Notes under the pieces: generated by a model
The model's input: only the letters and a program-made list of their open reading frames with translations
What the model was told of the DNA's origin: nothing
Databases searched by the model: none
In this document: one piece after another, positions 30,513 through 41,935 of the stretch
Layout: every line of letters starts with the position of its first letter
Position numbering within the stretch: position 1 is the stretch's first letter
NCBI GenBank assembly: GCA_965215005.1
Contig: CBDCCZ010000010.1
Location: 1 to 64,000 of the forward strand
DNA: 64,000 bases
Source of the DNA: Kofleriaceae bacterium
GTDB lineage: Bacteria > Myxococcota_A > Polyangia > Haliangiales > Haliangiaceae
Direction: 5' to 3'
Translations under genes and position numbers: made by a program

Positions 30513-30656
30513 GCGTCGCGCGGCTGGCGCGCTGCTTCGGCGGCGCGTCTGCCAATGATGTCGTGCATTGGCGCGTAGCCGCCCATCCAGCGCCATCTAA
30601 GGCATTGATTTGACTCACGAAGCTACTTGGACCCGCGGTTGCTGATAGAGGCGCGC

Positions 30657-31297
30657 ATGCCGCGTTCAATCCTTGTCCTCCTGGCCTCTTGCCTTGCACT
30701 TCCCCCCCTCCTACCGCTCATCGGGTACGAGCGAGCTGCTCATGCGTGCGGCGGCTACTTTGCGTCTGCTGAAGAGGTCACGACCGTTGAGAGCCATCGC
30801 ATGGTGGTCTCGCTCAGTCCCGAGCTCACCACTTTATGGGATCAAATCGTCTACAGCGGCAGCCCAGATGACTTCGTTTGGGTGTTGCCAACTACAGCGA
30901 CGTCTTCGCGTCCTCGCTCGAGCGCCGCAGCAACCCCGCATGGGTGGTCGAGTATGCTGACACGATGAGCAACACGCGGTTGTTCATCAGCGATGCCAAC
31001 GGCGCCGATCTAGTGACCGCTCGCAACGATCTGGTGGTGCCGTATGTAACGCGCCTGCGCACCAGGCTCGCTGTCGACCAGCTCGACCAGGATCTGGTGC
31101 TCAGGGCGGCACAGGACGCTTCCCCGGTTTCCAATCAGCTGGAGATATCCCGTGAGCTCAACCGCCCCGACGAGGTGGATTGCGATCAGGGCTGCACCGT
31201 CGGTCAACCGAAGCGCGCCGGTGGCGCGGCGAGTATGGCTGCCATGCTCTGCGTCGGACTGGCGTGGGTGCTTCGCCGCCGTCCTCGTCGCGAATGA
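30657..31297 (+). pseudogene. DUF2330-family MYXO-CTERM protein with internal deletion/frameshift near 30890
   Basis: Frame 1: signal + AHACGGYF...HRMVVSLS...LWDQIVYSGSPDDFVWVLP. Frame 2: WVVEYA...YVTRLRTRL..DQDLVL...GCTVG...LAWVLRRR. The middle of the protein appears absent. Confidence 0.72.
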
Positions 31298-31298
31298 C

Positions 31299-31817
31299 TC
31301 AGAGCGCGCTGGAACTCGGCGTTGGGCGGTCGAGGTGTCCTTCGGCCTTGGCGATCAAACGCTCCAACCGGCCGATTTCTGCCTCGAGCATCCACGGGTC
31401 GTGAACGGCCACGCCACAGACCATGGGTCGAGGAGGCGCGGTCAACGACGCGGTGGGCGGCTCTGGTGCAGCGAAGGCAGCGAACATCATGGTCGCACCG
31501 AGGAACGCGCTAACCAAGAACAGAACCGCCGCGGCGCCCACGACGAAACCACGACGAAGGGTCGTTCGATTGAAACTGTAGACCTCTTTCTTCAACACGT
31601 CGCTGTTGACCTCCGGTTTGAGCGTATTGCGGTGGGTTCTATCGCTGCTTGGTGAGCAGCTGGGTCGGGAAACACCTCGAGATTCGGCCGCTCGCGCGTC
31701 ATGCGTGGCGCTGCTCGCGCCCCGTGCTCGACCGCTGTCGCGAGTCTCTGCTGGGATCTCCTCGCGCCCGATCTCCTGTCCCCCCAGCGCTCGCCGCACC
31801 TGGCGAAAGTCACCCAT
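31299..31817 (-). CDS. Hypothetical single-pass membrane protein
   Basis: Hydrophobic segment GFVVGAAAVLFLVSAFLGATMMFAAF; ATG 31817 lies 6 nt after TACTAT. Confidence 0.5.
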   Translation of the reverse strand: MGDFRQVRRALGGQEIGREEIPAETRDSGRARGASSATHDARAAESRGVSRPSCSPSSDRTHRNTLKPEVNSDVLKKEVYSFNRTTLRRGFVVGAAAVLFLVSAFLGATMMFAAFAAPEPPTASLTAPPRPMVCGVAVHDPWMLEAEIGRLERLIAKAEGHLDRPTPSSSAL

Positions 31818-31995
31818 ACTTCTATAGTACACGGCGAATGAGCCAGATTCGATAGCCATTCGGGTAGCGCGACATCGCGAGTAGGCGCGGGTGCGACAAG
31901 AACGCGTTCCCTCGGACTCCGGATGCAAAGAAGGCCAAACCTCCATGAGATTTGGCCTTCGGCTCGCGTCGCCCAATGACGATTAGCGATGACGA

Positions 31996-32760
31996 TTAGC
32001 AGTTCAGCGGATTGTTCAAGCAGTCTTCGCTGAGGTTGAGCTTCTTCTTCTGCTCCACCTTCTCGCGTTCGACTTCCCGCTGGGCGCTGCGCACTTTGTT
32101 CTGCCGCTCGCGCAGTCGGCTGAGCTGCTCTCTGGCCTTCTCGCGTTCAGCGGCACTCTCCGCGTCAGCGAGTTGTTGCTCGGCGGAATCGATCTCGCCG
32201 GTGAGCGCGTCGAGCTCCTTCGATAACCGCTCGAGCTCCGCCGCCGCCATCGCCGCCTCCTTGCGCGCCTCTTCGGCATCAGCCTGCGCTGCCGCGGCGA
32301 GACGCGACTTTTGATCCGCCTCGGCGCTCTTGTCATAGAGGTAATAGCCGAGGCCGCCGACGAGCAGCACCAACAGCCCGGCCACCGCGAGCAATCCCGT
32401 GGGCCGCTTGCGCGCGACTTCCTGGCGCCGCAGCTCCATCTCCTGGACCAGCCGCTGCTGCTCGAGCTGCGCCTGCGCCTCGACCCGCGCCCGCGTCTCT
32501 GTCTCTTGCAGGCGCATCCGCTCTTCACGCTCGGCGCGCTCGCGCTCATCGCGCACTTTGCGTTCCGCGTCTTCGACGTCGCGTCGCTTGCGATCTTCTT
32601 CATCGCGAGCGCGACGTTCTGCTTCCATCTGCGCTTGTACTCGCTCGTGCTCGCGCCGTTGCACCTCTTCTTCTTCTTCGGCGACGCGGTCTTCTTCGAT
32701 CTGCCGCAGCTCGCGCAGCGAGAAGAGGACAGAGTTTTCGCGTTTCTCGGGCTGTGACAT
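31996..32760 (-). CDS. Membrane-anchored coiled-coil protein with E/R-rich N-terminus
   Basis: GAGGA RBS; RENSVLFSLRELRQIE, long E/R/K-rich helix, TM, second coiled coil, C-terminal CLNNPLNC. Confidence 0.8.
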   Translation of the reverse strand: MSQPEKRENSVLFSLRELRQIEEDRVAEEEEEVQRREHERVQAQMEAERRARDEEDRKRRDVEDAERKVRDERERAEREERMRLQETETRARVEAQAQLEQQRLVQEMELRRQEVARKRPTGLLAVAGLLVLLVGGLGYYLYDKSAEADQKSRLAAAAQADAEEARKEAAMAAAELERLSKELDALTGEIDSAEQQLADAESAAEREKAREQLSRLRERQNKVRSAQREVEREKVEQKKKLNLSEDCLNNPLNC

Positions 32761-32985
32761 CGATTCCTCGCGCTATCGGTTGCAGCGTGCCGCGGAGCCC
32801 CGCTCCCTGGAATCTCTATTTCTATCACTCACCTACCTAGCGAGCAACGCCGACTTTGGCAGCGCCGCTGCGCTTCCACGTCTACATCCGCCCACCCCGA
32901 CACCTGCGGTATGCTGCCGCTTGCGCGCCGCGGCGCTCGCCTGCGTCGCGAGCACGGTGCTCGAGAGAAACGTTAGCCAACGCCC

Positions 32986-33708
32986 ATGGGTTACATCGAC
33001 TTGCATTCCCACGTCTTGCCGGGACTCGATGACGGCGCCCCCGATCCAGACGCCTCGCTGGCGATGCTGCGCGGGCTCGCCGACCTCGGGTTCGAAGCCG
33101 TCTGCGCTACGCCGCACCAGAAACTAGGCCAGTTCATGCCTTCGCTCGCAGCGATCGATGCGGCGCATCGCGACACCCGCCAGCGGCTCGAAGATCACGG
33201 GGTAGCACTGCGCCTGCCGCTCGCCGCCGAGAACATGTGGGACGCCACGTTCTACGAGCGCAGCGAGGCCGACTCGATTCCCAGCTATGACGACAGCAAC
33301 GCGTTCTTGGTCGAGCTGCCGGTCGCCGCGCTGCCCGTAGGACTCTTCGACCACCTGTTCCGTCTGCGCATGCGCGGCAAGCTGCCCGTGCTGGCTCATC
33401 CTGAGCGTTACCAACCGCTATGGAACGCCCCAGCGCTCCTCGATGCACTGCGCGCGCAGTGCGCGATGGTGGTCGACCTCGGTGCCGTCGCTGGTTACCA
33501 CGGCCGCCGCGAGGCCAAAGCCGCCCGGATGATGCTCAAGAAGGGCATTGCGCACGCGGTCGCCTCCGATGCTCATAGCCCCGCCGACATCGGGGTTGCC
33601 GCTGAGGGCATTGCATGGATCCGCAAGAAGCTCGGCGCAGCCGCGATCGAGCGTCTATTGAGCGCGAGCCCGCGCGCCATTCTCGCTGGCGAACATCCAT
33701 CTGGGTGA
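32986..33708 (+). CDS. PHP-family (CpsB/CapC/YwqE-like) protein-tyrosine phosphatase
   Basis: [31 protein letters not shown]. Confidence 0.9.
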   Translation: MGYIDLHSHVLPGLDDGAPDPDASLAMLRGLADLGFEAVCATPHQKLGQFMPSLAAIDAAHRDTRQRLEDHGVALRLPLAAENMWDATFYERSEADSIPSYDDSNAFLVELPVAALPVGLFDHLFRLRMRGKLPVLAHPERYQPLWNAPALLDALRAQCAMVVDLGAVAGYHGRREAKAARMMLKKGIAHAVASDAHSPADIGVAAEGIAWIRKKLGAAAIERLLSASPRAILAGEHPSG

Positions 33709-33810
33709 CCGCCGCACCCTTCTGGCGCCCTCGCTGCCACGGCCCGCTGCACGCTCGCTCTCGTGTATGCTCGAAAGTCGAGCCACGTCCTCCCACACCA
33801 CACTTGCTTC

Positions 33811-34857
33811 ATGCGCCTAGCCATCAACGTCTTCTTGTCACTCATCATGCTGGGCGTGTGTCTTTGGCTGGTTTGGCCAGGACCGGCAGAGCGAGCGCAA
33901 CTACATGCCGTGTTCTCGCAGCTCACGATTGCCGAGCTGTGGCCAACGCTGGCTGCGTATGGCGCGATGCTGGCGCTCACCCACTGGTGCCGCGCATGGC
34001 GCTGGAACAACTTACTCGCGCCGCTCGGCGCGCGCCTATCGCCAGCACGTCTGCTCGCGATCTCGTCCGTTGGATTCATGGCAATTCTGGCTCTGCCGGC
34101 GCGCTTGGGTGAATTCGTTCGCCCCGCGTTGGTCCGCGAGAAAGGCGCCCTGTCGGCGACAGCGGCGCTCGGCACGGTCGCCGTAGAGCGCATCGTCGAT
34201 GGCCTGTTGGTGTCGATTCTGGTGTTTGCGGCATTCTTCTCCCTGCGCGGCCCAAACGCGCCGGACTGGATGATGCCAACGGCTTACGTCGCCCTCGGCG
34301 TCTTTGCCGCAGCGATGACGTTCCTGGCCTTCGCCATGCGCTGGCCACAGCGCACCGTACACACCTGCGTCGCTCTCACGTTGGCTCCGTGGCTCGCCCC
34401 ACGGATCGCGCGCCTGCTCGAGCGCAAGCTACTAGCGCTCATCAGCGGGTTTATGGTCCTAAAGGACAAACGCAATCTAGCAATTTTTGTGGCTTGGAGT
34501 GTTATCTACTGGATCTGCAATGGCGTGAGCTTATGGCTACTGGCGCGCGGTATGGGCTTGCCGCTGTCGCTCGTGGGCGCGTTCGCCACGATGGGGCTCG
34601 TGGCGGTTGGAATCACGCTGCCCAACTCCCCCGGGCTCGTCGGCCAATACCAGTACTTCACGCAGCTCGGACTGTCGCTCTACCTCGGCAAGGCGGTCGG
34701 CATGGGCGGCGCGGGGCTCGCGTTCGCGATCGTGCTGCACGGCCTTCAGGTGCTTTGGTACATCGGCGCCGGCGCGATCGCGCTGGCCACCCCTTACGTC
34801 TCGATCGACGAGCTCTGGCGCGCCCGCGAGCCGGTGCTGTCGGCCGGCGACGCCTGA
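33811..34857 (+). CDS. Lysylphosphatidylglycerol-synthase TM-domain (flippase-like) membrane protein
   Basis: [32 protein letters not shown]; multiple TM helices. Confidence 0.85.
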   Translation: MRLAINVFLSLIMLGVCLWLVWPGPAERAQLHAVFSQLTIAELWPTLAAYGAMLALTHWCRAWRWNNLLAPLGARLSPARLLAISSVGFMAILALPARLGEFVRPALVREKGALSATAALGTVAVERIVDGLLVSILVFAAFFSLRGPNAPDWMMPTAYVALGVFAAAMTFLAFAMRWPQRTVHTCVALTLAPWLAPRIARLLERKLLALISGFMVLKDKRNLAIFVAWSVIYWICNGVSLWLLARGMGLPLSLVGAFATMGLVAVGITLPNSPGLVGQYQYFTQLGLSLYLGKAVGMGGAGLAFAIVLHGLQVLWYIGAGAIALATPYVSIDELWRAREPVLSAGDA

Positions 34858-34890
34858 GGCATCGACAGGCGACTGCGGTACAGTCCCGCG

Positions 34891-35945
<1,055 letters not shown>

Positions 35946-35946
<1 letters not shown>

Positions 35947-36992
35947 TGCTCGCCCTCGCCGTGCTCACCGCGTGCTCGGCAGCGCCGCTTCATCCAGATC
36001 TTGCGGCGGCCGAAGACCACGAGCACCGCGGCGATTACGAGCAAGCGCTGCGTGCCTATCGCGCTGCGCAGCGAAGTTGCCTCGACATCGATGGGCCTCG
36101 ACGGCGCCGCGCGCGCTGCCGGCAGGCGCATCTGCAGCATGCCGAGCTGTTGACGCGAATGGGCCGGCATCCGCAAGCCTTGACCGCCTACGACGCCATC
36201 GCGACGGCCTTACCCGGCGATCGCCTCGCGGCGGCCGAGGCGGACTATCGCGCGGGCCGGCTCGAGCTCGAGCATGGTGACGAAGCGGCCGGCTATCGTC
36301 GCCTGTGGCGAGTGGTGACCCATTACGCTGACCAGCCGTTCGCGGTCGACGCGCTGAAAGTCCTGGTGCGCGATGGGCGTCAGCGCGACGCCGACGCGCT
36401 GTATCGTGAGCTCACGCGGGTGCTCGCGACCGCGCCGCGCTCGGCCATCACCGACAATCTTCATCTTCACCTGGCCGAGCTCGCAGAGCACGAGCGCAAC
36501 GATGTCGCGGCTGCGCGAATGCACCTCGATGCGATCGCCGAGCGCGAGGGCAGTCCGCTGCGCGACGATGCCTTGTGGCACGGCGCTGCCCTGGCGCGCC
36601 AAACTGGCGATGCCGCCGGGGCCGTGACGCGGCTGCGAGCGTTGCTGGCAACCCGGGAAGTGCCTCTAGGCGGCATTGGCTCGTACTTCTCGGTGTGGCT
36701 CGACAATGCGCAGCTCGAGCTCGGCCGCATCTTGCGCGATGACTTGCGCGATCTACACGGCGCACTCAAGGCATTTCAGCAATTACCCGAAGACTATCCC
36801 GCCTCGGTGCTGCAAGACGATGCGCAGTGGGAAATCGCTCGCACGCACGAGCAACTGGGCGATGTCGCCGCTGCCTGCAAGTCGCTCGAGCGACTCGCGC
36901 GCCGCTGGCCTGATTCCAAGTACGAGCTCGACCGTGCGCCGGCGCTGCGCCAAACCCTGCGATGCGCCGCGCCCCCTACCAGCCGCCAATGA
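35946..36992 (+). CDS. TPR-repeat lipoprotein
   Basis: Lipobox LTAC, helical repeats ([16 protein letters not shown]); TGATG coupling to ltaE. Confidence 0.8.
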
Positions 36993-37735
36993 CTGCGTTC
37001 ATCGAGCTCGCCGGCGTGCACAAGCAGTTCGGCCGTGCGCCATTGCTGCAAGGAGTCGATTTGGCCATCGCCGCCGGCTCGCGCATCGGCGTCATCGGCC
37101 CAGCCGCGAGCGGCAAGAGCGTGCTCCTAAAGCTCCTCTGCGGCCTCTTACGCGCCGATCGCGGCACCATCCGCATCGCCGAAGATGCGCTCGAGGAGCT
37201 CGATGAAAACCAGCTCATGCGAGTGCGAGCGCGCATCGGAATGCTGTTTCAGAACTATGCCCTGTTCGACTTCATGACCGTCGGCGACAACGTCGCCTTT
37301 CCCCTAGTTCGACTGGGAGGAATCGACCGCGCCGAGATTGATGACCGCGTGCACACGCGACTGCGACAAGTGGGACTGGCCGGCAGCGAAGACAAGATGC
37401 CCGCCGAGCTCTCCGGCGGAATGAAAAAGCGCGTCGGAATCGCCCGAGCAACCATCGCCCGTCCAGAGATCGCTATCTACGACGAGCCGACCGCCGGGCT
37501 CGATCCAGTGACCACCTCCAAAGTCTACGATCTGCTCGCGTCAGACCAACAACAGACCGGCTGCACCGTTATTGCAGTCTCCTCCGACGTCGCCGCGCTC
37601 ACTCGATTTGCCGATACCATCGCTATGCTATACGACGGCCGCATCCACTTCGTCGGCAGCGCCGATGCTCTGCGCGACGCCGATGATCCGTTGGTCCGCC
37701 AGTTCGTCCGCGGCGATCTCGAGGGCCCTCTCTAG
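36989..37735 (+). CDS. MlaF-like ABC ATPase (no permease adjacent)
   Basis: [51 protein letters not shown]. Confidence 0.88.
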   Translation: MTAFIELAGVHKQFGRAPLLQGVDLAIAAGSRIGVIGPAASGKSVLLKLLCGLLRADRGTIRIAEDALEELDENQLMRVRARIGMLFQNYALFDFMTVGDNVAFPLVRLGGIDRAEIDDRVHTRLRQVGLAGSEDKMPAELSGGMKKRVGIARATIARPEIAIYDEPTAGLDPVTTSKVYDLLASDQQQTGCTVIAVSSDVAALTRFADTIAMLYDGRIHFVGSADALRDADDPLVRQFVRGDLEGPL

Positions 37736-37905
37736 CAAGAGACGGCGCTCGTTGACTCGACTTCACCCCGGCGAACCTTCGTGGTGCGTTTCACCTCGTC
37801 GCTCGCGATCTGAGCCCGTTCTCGCGTTGTTCTGAAGAACCCGGGATCAATTCGCGCGGTCCTCCGCTTTAGGAGCATCTGCAACCCTAACGGAGCGAAG
37901 TAATC

Positions 37906-38277
37906 ATGCGAATTGTCACTCTTGTTCTCGGAATCCTCGGCGCGTTGATTTGTGCAGCACTGGCCACGACGTGGCTGTCGGATGCATCGGAGATGCGCGC
38001 GCTCATCGATGAACTACGCGCGGCGGGTGTGGCCGACCAAATTGACTCGATTGTCCGCGGCAGCTATGCGCTGCTGGCGTCTGCTGTTCTCGGCATTGCT
38101 GGTGGCGTGCTCACCATGAAGCATCAGGGCCGGCTCGGCGCTGCGCTGTTCGCTATTGCCGTCGTGCTTCCCGTGATCTTCACGGCGAAGGCGCTCCTAG
38201 GGACGTTTTTATTCGTCGCTGCCGCAGGCTGCGCGCTCAAGGTCGGAACGAAGAGCAAGTTCGCTCGCGCGGCCTAG
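37906..38277 (+). CDS. Small multi-pass membrane protein
   Basis: GGAG RBS; about four hydrophobic helices in 123 aa. Confidence 0.75.
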   Translation: MRIVTLVLGILGALICAALATTWLSDASEMRALIDELRAAGVADQIDSIVRGSYALLASAVLGIAGGVLTMKHQGRLGAALFAIAVVLPVIFTAKALLGTFLFVAAAGCALKVGTKSKFARAA

Positions 38278-38867
38278 CCTTGCGGCGGGCCGTTGCCGAC
38301 TCGTGTTGAGTCGAGCGACGCCCAGCTCGATTCCGCCAGCTCGCGCGATGGGGAAAGCTCATTGAGCCGTTGCCGGAGCGCAGCGCGCGCCCGCGCCATT
38401 CGACTGCGCACGGTGTGCTCGGAGATGTCGAGCACCTGTGCGATTTCTCTTCCACTCATCCCCTCCCAGTAAGCGAGCTCGAGGACGATTTGACTGTGAA
38501 CAGGAATATGCTGCATCGCCAGTAAAAGCAGCCGTTCCTGCTGATTTCGCGCGACCTTCTGGCTTGGCGACGTTCCGCAGTGAGCAATGCAATCGATATC
38601 CAGATCGACCGCTTGGCGCCTGCGTAAACGATCATAGAGCCGATTGCGAGCGATTCCAAAGAGGTACGCACGAAACTCCCCCTCGGTGACCCGGTCGCAA
38701 CTCTCAATGCAGCCGAGCAGCGTCTGCTGCACCAAATCCTCCACCTCGTCGCCTACTTTGGTTCGAAAGAAGCGGTGGAGACTGGCAAAGTAGCGCTGCA
38801 AGAGAGAGTCCGCTGCAGCCTTGTCGCCGGCTCGCCAAGCGAGCAAAAGCTCCTCATCGCTTTTCAC
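38274..38867 (-). CDS. ECF-type RNA polymerase sigma factor
   Basis: SDEELLLAWRAGD, EDLVQQTL, FRAYLFGIARN (region 2); EGMSGREIAQVLDISEHTVRSR (region 4). Confidence 0.9.
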   Translation of the reverse strand: MKSDEELLLAWRAGDKAAADSLLQRYFASLHRFFRTKVGDEVEDLVQQTLLGCIESCDRVTEGEFRAYLFGIARNRLYDRLRRRQAVDLDIDCIAHCGTSPSQKVARNQQERLLLLAMQHIPVHSQIVLELAYWEGMSGREIAQVLDISEHTVRSRMARARAALRQRLNELSPSRELAESSWASLDSTRVGNGPPQG

Positions 38868-38873
38868 CGTGGC

Positions 38874-38884
38874 TGCTATAGCAT
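38874..38884. promoter_or_regulatory. Palindromic, putatively bidirectional -10 element
   Basis: TGCTATAGCA is a perfect palindrome inside a 25-31 bp gap between two divergent start codons. Confidence 0.55.
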
Positions 38885-38892
38885 ACGAGTTG

Positions 38893-41841
38893 GTGGCGGT
38901 GGATCCTGATTTCGACGCGCAAGAGCTTGATCGAGTGCTCGGCCTGGCTCGTCCAAATGACGACGATCTGGCCGTGCAGACGGCACTCCGAAACGTGCGC
39001 CGCCGTATGCTCGGCCTCGACTCCGACGCACCCACAGTCGGCCGTTTCGTCATCCTCGGCCAGCTCGGCTGCGGCGCCATGGGCGACGTGTTTGAGGCTT
39101 ACGACCCAAAGCTCGAGCGCAAGGTCGCACTCAAGGTCATCCGCGGTCAGGGAACGGTGTCGGCGAGTCGCCTGTTGCGTGAGGCTCGCGCGCTGGCGCG
39201 AGTCTCTCATCCCAATGTCATTGCGGTCTACGATGCCGAGGCCAAGGAGGACCGCCTGTTCCTCGCCATGGAGCTGGTTCGCGGGCAAAATCTTGCGCAG
39301 TGGCTGCGCAGCGCGCGACGGTCCCAGGCCGACATCGCCGCCGTATTCGTGGATGCAGGACGCGGTCTTCGTGCCGCACACGCCGCGGGCATCGTTCACG
39401 GCGACTTCAAGCCGGAGAACGTGCTGGTGGGCGATGACGGTCGCGTTCGCGTTGCCGACTTTGGGCTTGCCCGATCCGTGGAAGATTCGCGCGCAACTCG
39501 CTCACCAGAGAACACAGCAGTAACGCACACGGCCCAGACCGGCGGCACACCGGCCTATATGGCCCCCGAAGTGACCGCGGGTCATCCGGCTACCCCGCAG
39601 AGTGATCAATACAGTTTCTGCGTTAGCTTGATAGAAGCAATCGCGGGCCGGAGACCGATTCCGGGCTCGGCAACGCCTCCCTTGGTGAGCAAGCGGATCA
39701 CGCGCCTCGTGCGAGCAGGGCTTTCCGTGACCGCCGACGATCGCCTGCCCGACCTCGATTCGCTGGTCAGCGCGCTCGAGCGGCGCTCGACCCGGCGGCC
39801 GCGCCGCATCAGCGCGGCCATTCTCGCCGTCATCCTCGCCGCTGCCGCTGCCGCCGGTTGGCATCATTATCACCAAGCAGATCCAGCCGAGCAGTGCCGC
39901 CTCGGTGCATCCGCCTTCGAACGAGCGTGGGACGCGCAAACAAAATCGGCGCTGCTCGCGCGCTGGTCGGCATACTCGCCGGTGGCCGCCAACATCAGCT
40001 CGAGTCTCGATCGCTATGGGGAGCGCTGGCGCGAGGCCCATACGAGCGTCTGCGACGCCACGCACACTCACAAGCAGCAGTCCATGGCGCTTCTCGACCG
40101 CAAAATGGAGTGCCTCGAGCAGCGACGCCAGGATGTCCAGCAACTGCTCGTCGCCTGGATGCACAGCGATCCCGACCGTTCGGTACCACAGGCCAAAAAC
40201 TCGGTTGCTCGCCTTACCGCTGCCGATGACTGCCTGAGCTCTACGACCATCGGCGGCGCTGCCAAGCCCGCAGACGCGGCGCTGCGTGGCGAGGTGACGG
40301 CGATCGACCAGATGCTGTCTAAGACCCGATCACTCAGAACACAGGGGAAGCTTGGCCAAGCCGAAGCGCTCGCGCGCGCGGCGTTGGTGCGCGCAGAACG
40401 AACCGACTTTCGCCCGATCATCGCCAGGGCGCTGTTTGAGCTCGGGTACCTATTGCACGACTTCGGAGATCCGGAGACCTTGAGCGTTATGCGCCGCGCG
40501 ATGACCGTAGCCGCGCAAGCGGGAGATCAGGCTCGCGCGGCCGAGGCCGGCATCATCGTGCTGTCGGCGCTGATCTCCATTCGCGAGTACGACAGCGCGG
40601 AAGCCATTGTTCCCCATGTTCGCGCCGCCGTTGAACGGTCGCCGAATCCGCGGAGCAGACAAGCAAGACTCGATTATCTTCAAGGTCAATTGGCTGCGAG
40701 AAAGGGGGACCTGGATCGGGCTGAGGAAATGCTGCGCGGAGCGGCGGAATCTGTGGCCGCAACCATCGACCCGGACATCGGCTGGATCATCACCAACGAG
40801 CTGGGCAACGTGCTGCGCAAGCAGGGGAAGCTGGCACAGGCAGCGGCCACTCTCAACGAGACCACTGTCCTGGCCGAGCGCGCCGTTGGTGCCAATCATC
40901 CGCAGCTTGCGCATGCACTACACAGCTTGGGCGCCGTGCTCACGGAGCAGGCGCGCTATGAGGAGGCTCGGGCCATTCTCGAGAGAGCACTCGCCATCGT
41001 CAAGGCGGGACACGAGCGCAACTCGGTACTGCTGGTAGCGCTGCACAGCAACCTCAGCGGCCTGGAGCAGAACATGGGCAACTACGAAGCGGCCTTGCGA
41101 CACGTTCAGGCGGCAATCGATGCCGAAGCAGCAAGCTCTGCGCCGGAAGTCTACCGACAGAAGCTGTTCCTCTCGCAACACGGCAGAGTACTGCTCTCGA
41201 TGGGTAGAGCAGCCGAAGCACTGTCAAAGCTCAATCGCGCCATCGAGGGCCTAGAAGAACGATACGAGGAAGACCCGCTCGCCGCCGAGATTCTCGCTGC
41301 CAGGGGTCACGCGCAGCAGCGGCTCGGCAACTACAAAGCCGCCTTCGCCGACCTACAGCGAGCCATTACGATCACTGAGGTGCACAGCGGACGAGACCAC
41401 GTTAGTCTTGCCTCTCCGCTCTATAGACTGGGCGACCTGCTACGACGGCGTGGCGACCACCGCGCGGCCCGTGCGGCCTGTCAGCGCGGCCTGGATGTCT
41501 CCCTCAAAGCGCTTGGTCCCGACCATCCAAGCCATGTTGCCGGCTACACCTGCCTCGCTCTGGCCGAGCTCGCGCTCGAGCACGATGCTGCAGCCGAGCG
41601 CGCCGCCGACTTGGCGCTGAAAATCGCCAACTCGGCCGTTGGAAAGCAGCTAGCGACTGCCGCTGCACTCGCTGTCAAAGCAGACGTGCAGTGGCGTGAC
41701 GGCAATCGCTGCGCAGCCGTCGAGCTGAACCAACGCGCCAGCGCGTCCGCGAAGATGCTCACGCCCGGCGACGACACCTACGAGGAGGTTGCCTCCCTTC
41801 GCCGTCGCTGGCGCTCTCGTCAAGCCATCGGCTGCGACTAA
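38893..41841 (+). CDS. Membrane Ser/Thr kinase with C-terminal TPR repeats
   Basis: LGCGAMGDVF, VALK, HGDFKPEN, DFGLA, GTPAYMAPE, TM, then CLEQRR and TPRs (HPQLAHALHSLG). Start is GTG 38893 or 38899. Confidence 0.9.
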   Translation: MAVDPDFDAQELDRVLGLARPNDDDLAVQTALRNVRRRMLGLDSDAPTVGRFVILGQLGCGAMGDVFEAYDPKLERKVALKVIRGQGTVSASRLLREARALARVSHPNVIAVYDAEAKEDRLFLAMELVRGQNLAQWLRSARRSQADIAAVFVDAGRGLRAAHAAGIVHGDFKPENVLVGDDGRVRVADFGLARSVEDSRATRSPENTAVTHTAQTGGTPAYMAPEVTAGHPATPQSDQYSFCVSLIEAIAGRRPIPGSATPPLVSKRITRLVRAGLSVTADDRLPDLDSLVSALERRSTRRPRRISAAILAVILAAAAAAGWHHYHQADPAEQCRLGASAFERAWDAQTKSALLARWSAYSPVAANISSSLDRYGERWREAHTSVCDATHTHKQQSMALLDRKMECLEQRRQDVQQLLVAWMHSDPDRSVPQAKNSVARLTAADDCLSSTTIGGAAKPADAALRGEVTAIDQMLSKTRSLRTQGKLGQAEALARAALVRAERTDFRPIIARALFELGYLLHDFGDPETLSVMRRAMTVAAQAGDQARAAEAGIIVLSALISIREYDSAEAIVPHVRAAVERSPNPRSRQARLDYLQGQLAARKGDLDRAEEMLRGAAESVAATIDPDIGWIITNELGNVLRKQGKLAQAAATLNETTVLAERAVGANHPQLAHALHSLGAVLTEQARYEEARAILERALAIVKAGHERNSVLLVALHSNLSGLEQNMGNYEAALRHVQAAIDAEAASSAPEVYRQKLFLSQHGRVLLSMGRAAEALSKLNRAIEGLEERYEEDPLAAEILAARGHAQQRLGNYKAAFADLQRAITITEVHSGRDHVSLASPLYRLGDLLRRRGDHRAARAACQRGLDVSLKALGPDHPSHVAGYTCLALAELALEHDAAAERAADLALKIANSAVGKQLATAAALAVKADVQWRDGNRCAAVELNQRASASAKMLTPGDDTYEEVASLRRRWRSRQAIGCD

Positions 41842-41935
41842 TGACCCGCTTGCCGCCGCGTCGGCCACGCGAACGTCCACCTCCAAGGTCTACGGTCTGC
41901 TCGCGTGCTTACCCTAGGCCCTCGTCCAGGATCCT

